From contig CAAGIS010000064.1 in assembly GCA_900769985.1 (NCBI GenBank), positions 112,427 to 176,426 on the forward strand: DNA of 64,000 bases. Direction: 5' to 3'. The notes beneath the pieces are model-generated. The model was not told the DNA's origin. It saw nothing but the letters and a program-made list of their open reading frames with translations, and ran no database searches. This stretch comes from Spirochaetia bacterium (GTDB lineage: Bacteria; Spirochaetota; Spirochaetia; Treponematales; Treponemataceae). Positions within the stretch are counted from its first letter, which is position 1, and each line of letters begins with the position of its first letter. Positions 19,824 to 28,998 of this stretch are shown in pieces. Made by a program: the position numbers and the translations under genes.

Positions 19824-20375
19824 TTAAAAATGACTTTCGATGATTTTAAAAGCTTCTTGCGGTTCAAGGAGCCTTCCGTAACCTGATTCACCGCATGCAA
19901 GAGTACCTTCATTGCAGTCAAGAATTTCTGTACCCCATGACTTTAGGATTTCGATTGATTTTTGAACAGTCGGGTGCAAAAACATCTGCGAGTTCATTGC
20001 AGGAGCTACAAGCAGCGGCTTTTTGTAATTATTTGCAAGACATATTGCCCCGAATAAATCATCGCACAATCCCTGACTCATTCTGTTAAGGCAGTCAGCG
20101 CTTGCAGGATAAGCTATAATTAAATCTGCCCATCGCTGTGCAAGTTCAATATGAGGAATTTCATATTCATCATTAAACATATCCGTATGAACCTTGTGGT
20201 GCGACAAACCTTCAAGACTTGATTTTCCGACAAAATTCAAAGAATCTTTACTTGCAACAACCTGAACATCATAATTGTTTTTTACGAGCATACTGATTAA
20301 TGAACATGCCTTGAAGCATGAAACAGAGCCGCTTACATATAAAAGAATGTTTTTTTTCTTATTCACATCTGACAT
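19824..20375 (-). CDS. coaC: Phosphopantothenoylcysteine decarboxylase (stand-alone CoaC)
   Basis: SGSV..KA, HIELA..AD, PASA, APAMN, LACGESGYGRL. Confidence 0.9.
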   Translation of the reverse strand: MSDVNKKKNILLYVSGSVSCFKACSLISMLVKNNYDVQVVASKDSLNFVGKSSLEGLSHHKVHTDMFNDEYEIPHIELAQRWADLIIAYPASADCLNRMSQGLCDDLFGAICLANNYKKPLLVAPAMNSQMFLHPTVQKSIEILKSWGTEILDCNEGTLACGESGYGRLLEPQEAFKIIESHF

Positions 20376-21117
20376 TATCAATCAACCTCACGTCTTCTAA
20401 GAATACTGCAGCATAGAGCCTTCCGTCCTGTTCTGTCAGATAGTCAATTTTAAAACCGGCTTTTTCAAGTTCAGCTTTTTTTTCTTCAAGACTTGATTTG
20501 TCAGTTAAAACTTCATGCAGTTTTGGTGCTGTTTTTAATCCTGTTTCACTTAATTTTCTGTTCCTTGAACTTATTGCAAGACCGTTTTCTTCCCTAACTA
20601 TCGGACATGGAATTATGTTCACGTTCATAAAAAATGCTTTTACCATTCCGTCAAGCAGTTTATACTGCTGGAAATCTTTTTCGCCAAAATATGCATTCTC
20701 AGGTCTTATAATATTCAGCAGTTTCATAACGACAGTTAGTACGCCGTCAAAATGTCCAGGTCTAGATGCACCGCACAATATCCGGCTCAAATCATTTTCC
20801 GAAACTTTATAGCGGTAATCATCAGGATACATTACGCTGTAAGTCGGAGCAAACAGATAATCTGCATTGTTTTGTTCGAGAAGTCTTACGTCATCATCAA
20901 AATTTGCAGGGTAGGTTGCAAGGTCTTTTTTATCGTTAAACTGAGTAGGATTTAAATAAACGCTTACGACTGTAATATCATTCTGCTCCTGCGATTTTTT
21001 TACAAGCGATAAATGACCTTTATGAAGTCCGCCCATTGTCGGAACGAATCCTATTTTTTTATTTTTTATAGTTGAATAAATTTCATTCCATTCTTCAACT
21101 GTCTTTACGATTTTCAT
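20359..21117 (-). CDS. panC: Pantoate--beta-alanine ligase
   Basis: GFVPTMGGLHKGH, NPTQF, RPGHFDGV, FGEKDFQQ, SSRN, RLIDN. Confidence 0.97.
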   Translation of the reverse strand: MKIVKTVEEWNEIYSTIKNKKIGFVPTMGGLHKGHLSLVKKSQEQNDITVVSVYLNPTQFNDKKDLATYPANFDDDVRLLEQNNADYLFAPTYSVMYPDDYRYKVSENDLSRILCGASRPGHFDGVLTVVMKLLNIIRPENAYFGEKDFQQYKLLDGMVKAFFMNVNIIPCPIVREENGLAISSRNRKLSETGLKTAPKLHEVLTDKSSLEEKKAELEKAGFKIDYLTEQDGRLYAAVFLEDVRLIDNVRCE

Positions 21118-21158
21118 TTTTCATAACCTCAATATTTTACTGACTGAGCTGCATGCAA

Positions 21159-21205
21159 GTTTAACACTGAAAAATCCTCAATAGGATTTTTCAGTGTTTC
21201 CTTAG
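21159..21205 (-). repeat. ~45-bp palindromic dispersed element (family B, copy 1)
   Basis: Minus strand CTAA-GGAAACACTGAAAAATCCT-ATTG-AGGATTTTTCAGTGTTAAAC; near-identical to the copies at 24200 and 38041. Confidence 0.9.
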
Positions 21206-21975
21206 TTATCTGAATACGGAAAAGTTCCGTCAGAAACTTCAACTGCATATTGATTAAAAGCATCAGTAATTAATGACGCTCCCTGCAAATACTGATGAAC
21301 AAACTTTGGCTTAAAGTCACTCATTCCAAGCATATCCTGCAAAACAAGAACCTGACCGTCACAGTTTTTTCCTGCACCGATTCCGATTGTTGCAATTTTT
21401 GCTTCTTTCGTAATTTCTGAAGCAAGGTCTTCTGGGATACATTCAAGAAGAATTCCAAAGCAGCCAAGAGTTTCTGACAGAAGTGCTTCTTCTTTTATTT
21501 TTTGCCTTGCCTGTTCAGTTTTTCCCTGACGCTTGTGTCCACCAAGTGCGTTATAGAATTGAGGAGTAAGCCCGATATGGCTCATTACAGGAATTCCGCT
21601 TTGAACTAAATGTTTTATTATTTCTTCCTGTCCGAAAATTCCTTCGATTTTTACGGCATTTGCACCGGCAACAAGAAGTTTTCCAGCACAGTCAACTGCA
21701 TGTTCAATTCCTTTCCGCGTAGACAAAAAAGGCATGTCACTTAAAATGAATTTGTCTGTTCCGTTTCTTACGGCTTTAGTGTGACTTACCATCATTTCAA
21801 TTGTTGCAGGAATAGTTGTCTTTTCGCCATGCATTACCATAGAACAACTGTCGCCGATTAAAATACAGTCAATTTTTGAGTTATTTACGAGCTTTGCAAA
21901 TGATGCATCATAGCACGTAATCATAGAAATTTTCTGGTGGTTTTGTTTTCGCTCAGAAAAGTCAAGAATAGTCAT
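21202..21975 (-). CDS. panB: 3-methyl-2-oxobutanoate hydroxymethyltransferase
   Basis: MITCYD, LIGDS, DMPF, AVKIEG, HIGLTPQ, IGIGAG..DGQVLV; start placed at ATG 21975. Confidence 0.97.
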   Translation of the reverse strand: MTILDFSERKQNHQKISMITCYDASFAKLVNNSKIDCILIGDSCSMVMHGEKTTIPATIEMMVSHTKAVRNGTDKFILSDMPFLSTRKGIEHAVDCAGKLLVAGANAVKIEGIFGQEEIIKHLVQSGIPVMSHIGLTPQFYNALGGHKRQGKTEQARQKIKEEALLSETLGCFGILLECIPEDLASEITKEAKIATIGIGAGKNCDGQVLVLQDMLGMSDFKPKFVHQYLQGASLITDAFNQYAVEVSDGTFPYSDN

Positions 21976-22085
21976 AGTACCTGTCCCCGTTAAGATCAAG
22001 TCTGATTAATTTTTGCGGAACAAAAAAAACTTTTCAGTTCCATATTATAAACATAAAGTCGCTGTTCAAACAGAATCAACGCTCT
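21976..22085 (-). ncRNA. pan RNA motif-like cis-regulatory leader (two bulged hairpins)
   Basis: Hairpins AGAGCGTTG-A-TTC..GAACAGCG-A-CTTT and AGACTTG-A-TCTT..GGGACAGGT-A-CT share the same bulge geometry; the second abuts the panB ATG. Confidence 0.7.
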
Positions 22086-22092
22086 GACAATG

Positions 22093-22120
22093 AGTATATG
22101 CGTTTACAAAATTTTGTCAA
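22093..22120 (-). promoter_or_regulatory. sigma70 promoter of the pan/coa operon
   Basis: TTGACA-16 nt-TATACT; the predicted TSS falls at the base of hairpin 1. Confidence 0.75.
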
Positions 22121-22166
22121 GAAATCCTATTCCAACTACATTAAATATCTGCTAAAATAGAATATT

Positions 22167-23273
22167 ATGTCAGAAATTGTTATTAAGAAAATCGATGAGT
22201 CAAAATGCCAAAACTCGGGGTCATTTTTGCAGACACCGTTTTGGTGCAGTTTTAAAGCCAGACACGGCTGGACTTACAGACGTTTTTTAATTGATGAAAA
22301 AGAATGTGGCGTTTTAATCCGCAGTTTTTGCAAAAAAATGTTTTCCATTGCATATATTCCTCTTTTCCCTAAAATTCAAAGTACAGAACTTCAGGATAAA
22401 ACAAAAATTGCACTTACGCTGAATAAAATTGCAATGGCACTAAAACAGTTCCTGCCAAAAAACACAATTGCAGTCAGGTTTGACCCTGATATCAGTTTTG
22501 ATACCCCAAAAGCGCGGAACGATTTTAATGCAGAAATCATAAAGCTTGCACATTCAAATTCGATAAAACTAAAAAAGAGCAGCGTAGACATTCAGCCGCC
22601 TGACAGTACTCAGGTAGACTTAACGCAGGATTTAGACATTATCCTTGAAAAAATGCACCAAAAATGGCGCTACAACATACGTTTAAGCGAACGTAAAGGC
22701 GTTATTGTAAAACATTATCTTGGAAATAGTCTTAACCTGTCTGAAAAAGTAGACAAATTTTACGAACTTACAAAAGAAACGAATCTCCGTGATGGAAATT
22801 CTAGTCACGCAAAATCTTATTACCTTGATTTAATCACTTATTCTGCACAAGAAATTGCAAAAGGTAACGATGTTCCAGTAATAAGCCTTTACATTGCAGA
22901 ACATGAAGGCGAAGAAATCGCTTCGATTATGACGCTGTTCAGTCACGATGAATCAATTTACCTTTACGGTGCAAGTTCTAATAAAAAGCGTAATTTAATG
23001 CCTAATCATCTTTTACAGTGGACAGCCATAAAAGATGCTAAAAATTTCGGTTCAAAATATTATGACTTGTACGGAATGCCACCTGAAGGCAAAAATGAAA
23101 ACCATCCGATGCACGGTCTTTATATGTTCAAGTCAAATTTTGGCGGAAAAAACATACACAGGGCAGGCTCATTTGATGTTCCTTTAAATATGTTCTATCC
23201 GCTTTATTCAATGCTTGAAAAACTACGCTCTTTTTGGCATAAAGTTATTCTAAAAAAAATACGAGGTCGCTGA
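22167..23273 (+). CDS. FemAB/FemX/MurM-family peptidoglycan bridge aminoacyltransferase
   Basis: SFLQTPFW, IQPP, KWRYNIR, YLYGASS, PNHLLQW, YDLYG, GLYMFK.NFGG. Confidence 0.9.
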   Translation: MSEIVIKKIDESKCQNSGSFLQTPFWCSFKARHGWTYRRFLIDEKECGVLIRSFCKKMFSIAYIPLFPKIQSTELQDKTKIALTLNKIAMALKQFLPKNTIAVRFDPDISFDTPKARNDFNAEIIKLAHSNSIKLKKSSVDIQPPDSTQVDLTQDLDIILEKMHQKWRYNIRLSERKGVIVKHYLGNSLNLSEKVDKFYELTKETNLRDGNSSHAKSYYLDLITYSAQEIAKGNDVPVISLYIAEHEGEEIASIMTLFSHDESIYLYGASSNKKRNLMPNHLLQWTAIKDAKNFGSKYYDLYGMPPEGKNENHPMHGLYMFKSNFGGKNIHRAGSFDVPLNMFYPLYSMLEKLRSFWHKVILKKIRGR

Positions 23274-23276
23274 TTT

Positions 23277-24203
23277 ATGAATATGGAAGTTTTTATTTTA
23301 GGTTGCGGAGGAATGCAGCCTTTGCCGTACAGACATTTAACTTCTGTATTATTGCGCAGAGACGGTGATTTGTTTTTGTTTGACGGTGGCGAGGGAACTC
23401 AAGTTTCACTCAAACGCCTTAACCTTAAATGGAAAAAAATCAATGCCATTTTTGTTTCTCATACACATGCAGACCATGTAACAGGGCTTCCGGGTATTAT
23501 GATGCTTTCAAGCCAGGTTGACAGAACAGAACCTCTTTACATTTACGGACCTCCTAAAATCGCAGAATACATTGAAACGAGCCGTAAAGTCCTTGATATG
23601 TACATAAACTATCCTGTCATTGTAAAAGAAATTTCTGCACCATGTATTGTCCACGAAGAAAAAGATTTTATAATCAGGGCATTTCCCCTAAAACATACTA
23701 AAACATGTGTCGGCTATACACTTGAAGAAAAAGACAGACCAGGAGAATTTAACCCGGAACGTGCAAAAGAACTTAATGTTCCGTGCGGTCCTCTCTGGTC
23801 AAAACTGCAGGGCGGTCAGTCAGTTCAGTCTCTTGACGGAACTACAGTAAATCCGTCTGACGTTCTTGGCGCTGCCCGAAAGGGAAGGAAATTTAGTTAT
23901 GTAACTGACACTTTATATCTTGATTCAATCGCAGACGAAGTAAGGAATTCTGACCTTTTAATCTGTGAAGGAATGTTTGAAAACGCACTGATTGACCAGG
24001 CAAAAGAAAAAAAACACATGACTGCTTCTCAGGCTGCCGCAATTGCCCGTGACAGCAATTCAAAAAAAATGGCATTAATTCACTACAGTCCGCGTTACAC
24101 AGACAGGGAGTTAGTTGTTCTTGAAGAGGAAGCAAAAAAAATATATCCGAATGCAATTCTTTCAAAAGACAGGATGTGTTTTGAAATTCCTTATGAAGAC
24201 TAG
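23277..24203 (+). CDS. rnz: Ribonuclease Z
   Basis: LGCGGMQP, FDGGEGTQ, HTHADH, GP exosite, KHMTA, IHYSPRY. Confidence 0.95.
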   Translation: MNMEVFILGCGGMQPLPYRHLTSVLLRRDGDLFLFDGGEGTQVSLKRLNLKWKKINAIFVSHTHADHVTGLPGIMMLSSQVDRTEPLYIYGPPKIAEYIETSRKVLDMYINYPVIVKEISAPCIVHEEKDFIIRAFPLKHTKTCVGYTLEEKDRPGEFNPERAKELNVPCGPLWSKLQGGQSVQSLDGTTVNPSDVLGAARKGRKFSYVTDTLYLDSIADEVRNSDLLICEGMFENALIDQAKEKKHMTASQAAAIARDSNSKKMALIHYSPRYTDRELVVLEEEAKKIYPNAILSKDRMCFEIPYED

Positions 24204-24252
24204 GGAAATACTGAATAAATCCTATCTGAGGATTTTTCAGTGTTAACCATAG
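24200..24252 (+). repeat. ~45-bp palindromic dispersed element (family B, copy 2)
   Basis: CTAG-GGAAATACTGAATAAATCCT-ATCTG-AGGATTTTTCAGTGTTAACC-ATAG. Confidence 0.9.
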
Positions 24253-24315
24253 AAAAATGCTAGACTGACATTAAAAAACAGTCAAGCCGGCAGTAAAACG
24301 GTATAATTACAGAAT

Positions 24316-25065
24316 ATGATAGAAATAGTAAATTTTTCAAAATCCTACAGTTCTTTTTCTGGCAGAAAGCATATTGCCGTAAAAGACGTTTCATTTTCCG
24401 TCCCCAAAAATTCGATTACGGGCTTATTAGGACCAAACGGGGCCGGAAAAACAACTTTAATAAAAGCAGTTTGTTCGATTCACTATGCGACAGAAGGAAA
24501 AATTTTTGTTTACAACAAAGAAAATAAAAAATTTGATACGTCAGTTGACATAGAAGAGTCAAAGCGCCTGATTGGTTACGTAAGCGAAATCCCTCAATTG
24601 TATAAAAACTTTACTGTAATCGAATATCTAAAAATGATTTTCAAAATGTGGGATATGACTGACAACCATTATTTTGAAAAAATTACTGACGATTTTAATC
24701 TTAAAAACGTTCTGTCTCAAAAAATCAGTTCGCTGTCAAAAGGGTATTGCCAGCGAGTAAACTTTGCTGCAGCTTTAATCCATAATCCCGAAATTCTAAT
24801 CCTTGACGAACCTTCAAGCGGACTTGACCCCAATCAGATTGTAGAAACTCGAAAGATAATAAAATCTTTTTCAAGAAACAAGACAATTCTTCTTTCAACT
24901 CACATCATGCAGGAAGCAGAAAACTTGTGTGACAACGTTGCAATAATTGACAAAGGAAGTCTTCTTGCAGAAGGAAGCATTGAAAAAATCAAAACGATGA
25001 CAAAAGCAAAAAATCTTGAAGACGCATATACAAAATTAGTAAATGAAACAGGTCGTGCAAAATGA
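24316..25065 (+). CDS. ABC transporter ATP-binding protein (GldA-like)
   Basis: GPNGAGKTT, LSKGYCQR, LILDEPSSGLDPNQ, LSTH. Confidence 0.9.
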   Translation: MIEIVNFSKSYSSFSGRKHIAVKDVSFSVPKNSITGLLGPNGAGKTTLIKAVCSIHYATEGKIFVYNKENKKFDTSVDIEESKRLIGYVSEIPQLYKNFTVIEYLKMIFKMWDMTDNHYFEKITDDFNLKNVLSQKISSLSKGYCQRVNFAAALIHNPEILILDEPSSGLDPNQIVETRKIIKSFSRNKTILLSTHIMQEAENLCDNVAIIDKGSLLAEGSIEKIKTMTKAKNLEDAYTKLVNETGRAK

Positions 25066-27359
25066 TAAATAAAATACTCATAAAAAAAGACGTCTATTCT
25101 TATCTTATCAGTCCGTATTTTTACATCAGTTCGCTTGTTTTATTATTTACCTGCTGCATTCAGTTTTTTATTTTCCAGCGTTTTTTTGTATCAGGTTACG
25201 GAACATCAGATTTGTCAGTTTTCTTTTCTACGATTCCTTATACATTCAGCCTTATAATTCCTGTTTTAATCCTTCAGATTTCAAATCCAGAATGTGAAAA
25301 TAATTTTCCGTTCAGGTCAGTTACAGTAATACTTTCAAAACTTGTGTCGGCGCTGATAATTATCACCATAATGCTTGTTCCGCTCTCAATAATTCCTGTA
25401 TGCGTAAATTTCTTTGGCAGCGTTGATGTAAATCAAGTAATATGCAGTTTCTTTGGCATTATCCTGTATGGAATTCTTGCAATAAGCATCTGTCTTTTGT
25501 GTAGCGAAATAATAAATTCAAAAGCCGCTTACATTGTAATTACAGTCGTCACAATGCTTTTGATAAATTCACTTCATCAAATTCCTGTTTTTATAAAATG
25601 CAGTCAGTTTTTTACATCGCTTTTTAACGAACTGAGCTTTACATGGCACTTTGATTCGTTCAGCAAGGGAATAATCGATACCCGGGACGTGTTTTTTTAC
25701 CTTATTACTTCATCATTACTTATTGTCTTGACATTTTTTTATGCTGAATCAAAAAAAGGCCGTAAATTTTTTTCAGGAAAATCTGTCAGTACAGCTAATA
25801 AAGCTGTTTCGTTTTTTACTGTCTTGATTTTCGTGTTTTTATATACAGACAATTCGCGCATTTACAAAAGATTTGATTTTACAAAAGACAGACAGTTTTC
25901 CATTTCCGCACATACAAAAAAAATCCTTGATTCTGCAGATGAACCTGTGCGCATAACTTATTACCGTTCAAAAGAGTTAATTCCACGTTATCCGGAAGTA
26001 AAAGATGTATACGATTACCTTAAAATATGTGCAAGCGAAAACAAAAACATTTTCCTGACTCTCGCAGATGCAGACAAAAAAGAAAATCAGGACATTCTGA
26101 CAAACCTCAATGTTGCACCGCAACAGATACAGAGCGTAAATAACAACAAGATTGAATACATAAAAGTCTATTCTGCAGTCGTAATAGAATACCTTGGCAA
26201 AAAAGAAGTTCTGCCTTTTGTTCTGTCTACGGCATCTTTAGAATTTGAACTTGCACTGAGGTTTGAATCTTTGATAAAAAATAAAAATCATTCCGTGTAT
26301 ATTCTCTGCGGAAACGAATACAATTCAAACGACTACAGTTACATGCAGCTTCTGTTCAACTCTTCAAATATCCAGTGCTATCCGATTGAAAAAGAATCGC
26401 TTGTTTATATTCAGGATCAGCTTGAACTTGAAATTCCGCTCATCATTTTCGGAACTGAAGGTCTCTCTTTTGACCAGTCTGCTGTAATTGAAAAATTCAT
26501 CTTAAAAGGCGGAAAAGTCCTTCTTGCAACTTCACAATATTCCGTAAACATAAATGGTGACTGGAGCATAACAAAAAACGAAAACGACACATTCATTCCG
26601 GTTTTAGAAAAATGGGGAATAAAATTTGAAGATAAAATTGTCAATGACTTGTCTAATGTCAGGATAAGCTTTTATTCAACAGACAATAATAATTCACTCA
26701 ACGACAGCGCCCAATATGAATACGTAAATTATCCGCAGTGGATTTCTGTCCTGCCACAAAAAAATGTCCCAAACGGAATTACACTTTTTTGGGCAAGTCC
26801 TGTTACTCAAAACAAAAGCTTAATTCCTGTCTGCAAGTCTTCTTCAATGTCCTGGACTGTAAGCGAATTTTCAAAAACAGTGCAGGAACAGACAGGACTT
26901 CTTTACGTAACTAATCCTTTTGAAGTTGAAAAAGCTCCTGTTTCTGACCCACTTTTTAAAAAAGAGCAGTCTGTACTTGCTGCAAAACTTCAGGATAAAA
27001 TTACAGGGCTTTACAATTTTGAAACAAACGAAAATCCAAACGTCATAATATTGGCTGACCAATATTTTGCACTTAACATCCTTCTTGAACTGTCAGGCGG
27101 ACAAATGAGCGATTTTAGGAACATTGATTTTATTTTATCAATGATTCTTGAGTTAAATAAAGAAGATGAACTTTTAAAAATCCAGTACGGCGGAATAAAA
27201 AATAAATCCCTTTACAAAATAACAGATACAGTCAAATTTAACAAAGCAAAGACAAATGTCTTTATTACAGTTTTTGCAGTCATTCCCGGAATGATTTTAA
27301 TTTTTGGCATTACAATATTCATTATAAGAAGAAGGCAAAATGAAAAATATAAAATATAA
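25062..27359 (+). CDS. Fused GldF-like ABC permease / GldG-like auxiliary domain protein
   Basis: N-terminal 6 TM ending HFDSFSKGIIDTRD; then RFDFTKDRQFSIS..TKKIL, LEFEL, FILKGGKVL; C-terminal TM followed by RRR. Confidence 0.8.
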   Translation: MINKILIKKDVYSYLISPYFYISSLVLLFTCCIQFFIFQRFFVSGYGTSDLSVFFSTIPYTFSLIIPVLILQISNPECENNFPFRSVTVILSKLVSALIIITIMLVPLSIIPVCVNFFGSVDVNQVICSFFGIILYGILAISICLLCSEIINSKAAYIVITVVTMLLINSLHQIPVFIKCSQFFTSLFNELSFTWHFDSFSKGIIDTRDVFFYLITSSLLIVLTFFYAESKKGRKFFSGKSVSTANKAVSFFTVLIFVFLYTDNSRIYKRFDFTKDRQFSISAHTKKILDSADEPVRITYYRSKELIPRYPEVKDVYDYLKICASENKNIFLTLADADKKENQDILTNLNVAPQQIQSVNNNKIEYIKVYSAVVIEYLGKKEVLPFVLSTASLEFELALRFESLIKNKNHSVYILCGNEYNSNDYSYMQLLFNSSNIQCYPIEKESLVYIQDQLELEIPLIIFGTEGLSFDQSAVIEKFILKGGKVLLATSQYSVNINGDWSITKNENDTFIPVLEKWGIKFEDKIVNDLSNVRISFYSTDNNNSLNDSAQYEYVNYPQWISVLPQKNVPNGITLFWASPVTQNKSLIPVCKSSSMSWTVSEFSKTVQEQTGLLYVTNPFEVEKAPVSDPLFKKEQSVLAAKLQDKITGLYNFETNENPNVIILADQYFALNILLELSGGQMSDFRNIDFILSMILELNKEDELLKIQYGGIKNKSLYKITDTVKFNKAKTNVFITVFAVIPGMILIFGITIFIIRRRQNEKYKI

Positions 27360-28305
27360 TAAAACGCTTGCAGTTCAAATTTTAATTTTCTTATTTCTCA
27401 CCATTTTATTTTTGATTTCGCTAAAACCTTCAGAAAGCCGGAATAAAAACATGACAAAATCGGCATTGCTAAATTCAAAATATGAAATTTCAAAAATTTC
27501 GATTTTTAACAAAAGTACAGGGCAGCTTGATTTGATTCAATACGACAGTTTCTGGGGCGGAATTTACACTAATGAAGAGAAATCAGTTTATTTTCCTGCT
27601 AGAAAAAACATTATCGATGAGTTTATTGACTGTTCAAAAAAAATCATTGATTTGAATAAAATTGTCAGCTTAAAATCTTCTCAGAAAGAAATTGAAAAAA
27701 CATACAAAACTTATGCTCTTGATGAAGAAAACCAAATTGCGCTTTCTTTTTTTGATAAAAGCGGTCAATGCATTTCAAAAATTTATTTTGGTGCGATGAA
27801 CCAATCGCTTGACCAGATTTTCATCAGGACAGATAAAAATCTTGCAGTCTTTTCTGTTGACTCAAAAATTGCAGATTATCTTGAAATAAAACCAGATTTC
27901 TGGTGTGAACCTAATTTAATTCCTGAAGGAATATTTAAAAGTTCTGCATTTTCAGAAATCCAAAATTTTTCTTACAGGACAGATTTTTCTGATTTTATAA
28001 ATGCCTCTGAAACAGCTTACGACAAATTCCTTTCTTTGCGTTTTTCTGAAATTGTTACAGATTTCGTTCCAAAAGAAAAAACGCTGGAACTCAGGCTTTC
28101 TGACGGTACAGGAACAGAATATCATGCAGATTTTTTTCCTGCCAGAACAAAAAACGGCGACTGTTATATATTCAGCTTAAAAATAACTCCGTCGATGCTT
28201 TTTTCAAAAGATGCCGGGGAATTTTTAAAGAAAATAAATTATTCGTGTTCAATAAGCCAGTGGACATACAGCACTATAATAGAAAATTTGAAAAAAAGAC
28301 CGTGA
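27340..28305 (+). CDS. DUF4340-like membrane-anchored protein
   Basis: N-terminal TM, YFPA, IYFG..IFIR; the usual third gene of gld-like clusters. Confidence 0.55.
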   Translation: MKNIKYNKTLAVQILIFLFLTILFLISLKPSESRNKNMTKSALLNSKYEISKISIFNKSTGQLDLIQYDSFWGGIYTNEEKSVYFPARKNIIDEFIDCSKKIIDLNKIVSLKSSQKEIEKTYKTYALDEENQIALSFFDKSGQCISKIYFGAMNQSLDQIFIRTDKNLAVFSVDSKIADYLEIKPDFWCEPNLIPEGIFKSSAFSEIQNFSYRTDFSDFINASETAYDKFLSLRFSEIVTDFVPKEKTLELRLSDGTGTEYHADFFPARTKNGDCYIFSLKITPSMLFSKDAGEFLKKINYSCSISQWTYSTIIENLKKRP

Positions 28306-28969
28306 TGTTATACAAAGCATGGCTGCAGGAAGCAGTTAATACAGTATTGCTTTTTTTTACGCAGTACCTCAAAATCGCACCGCAGACAAAGGCATTGATT
28401 ACAGAGAGAAATCCAAGATAGCGGTGCGATAGCGCAAAAACGGCAATACAGAAAATTTCTATCACGCTGTCTGCCATCAAAAAAAAGCGAACTTTAAAAC
28501 CTTCTGATTGTTTTAAAAAAAAGCTTCCATAAAATTTTTCAATAAAGCAGTGTAGGGCAGAAGGAAGGTATAATCTGTAAATGTTTTCTTCATAAAAAGC
28601 CCGTGCAATAAAATTAACTGTTATCAAAAAGATTTTTAAGAAATTTAACTCTATTGTTTGATTGGGAAGTTCCGGTTTCAGATAAAATTCTATGGCAGTA
28701 ATCAGAATATGAACTAAAACCAAAAGTCCGAAATACAAAAAAACTCTCCCTGCTGACAGTAGAAAATTAAAAAAGTTGAATCCTTTATGTTCTTTTTCAG
28801 AATATTCATATTTAAAAAATACATATAAAGCAGCTGAAAACGAAATTGCAGAAAACCATGAAAAAGAAAAATCTAAAGCTGCATTTCCTGCAGGAGATGC
28901 AAAAAGTGGCGGTAAAATAAAAATGCAGCAAATAAAAATAAACTCTAGATATAAACCATATTTTTTCAT
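28274..28969 (-). CDS. CPBP/Abi-family intramembrane glutamic endopeptidase
   Basis: AFYEENIYR, FALSH, SHALYN. Confidence 0.85.
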   Translation of the reverse strand: MKKYGLYLEFIFICCIFILPPLFASPAGNAALDFSFSWFSAISFSAALYVFFKYEYSEKEHKGFNFFNFLLSAGRVFLYFGLLVLVHILITAIEFYLKPELPNQTIELNFLKIFLITVNFIARAFYEENIYRLYLPSALHCFIEKFYGSFFLKQSEGFKVRFFLMADSVIEIFCIAVFALSHRYLGFLSVINAFVCGAILRYCVKKSNTVLTASCSHALYNITVFFSNFLL

Positions 28970-28998
28970 ATAATGTATAATATATTTTTGAGGTTATT

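Noticed and set aside
22040..22052. TATAAT between the pan hairpins as the panB promoter
   Set aside because: No properly spaced -35 or extended -10; a better promoter is at 22093-22120.
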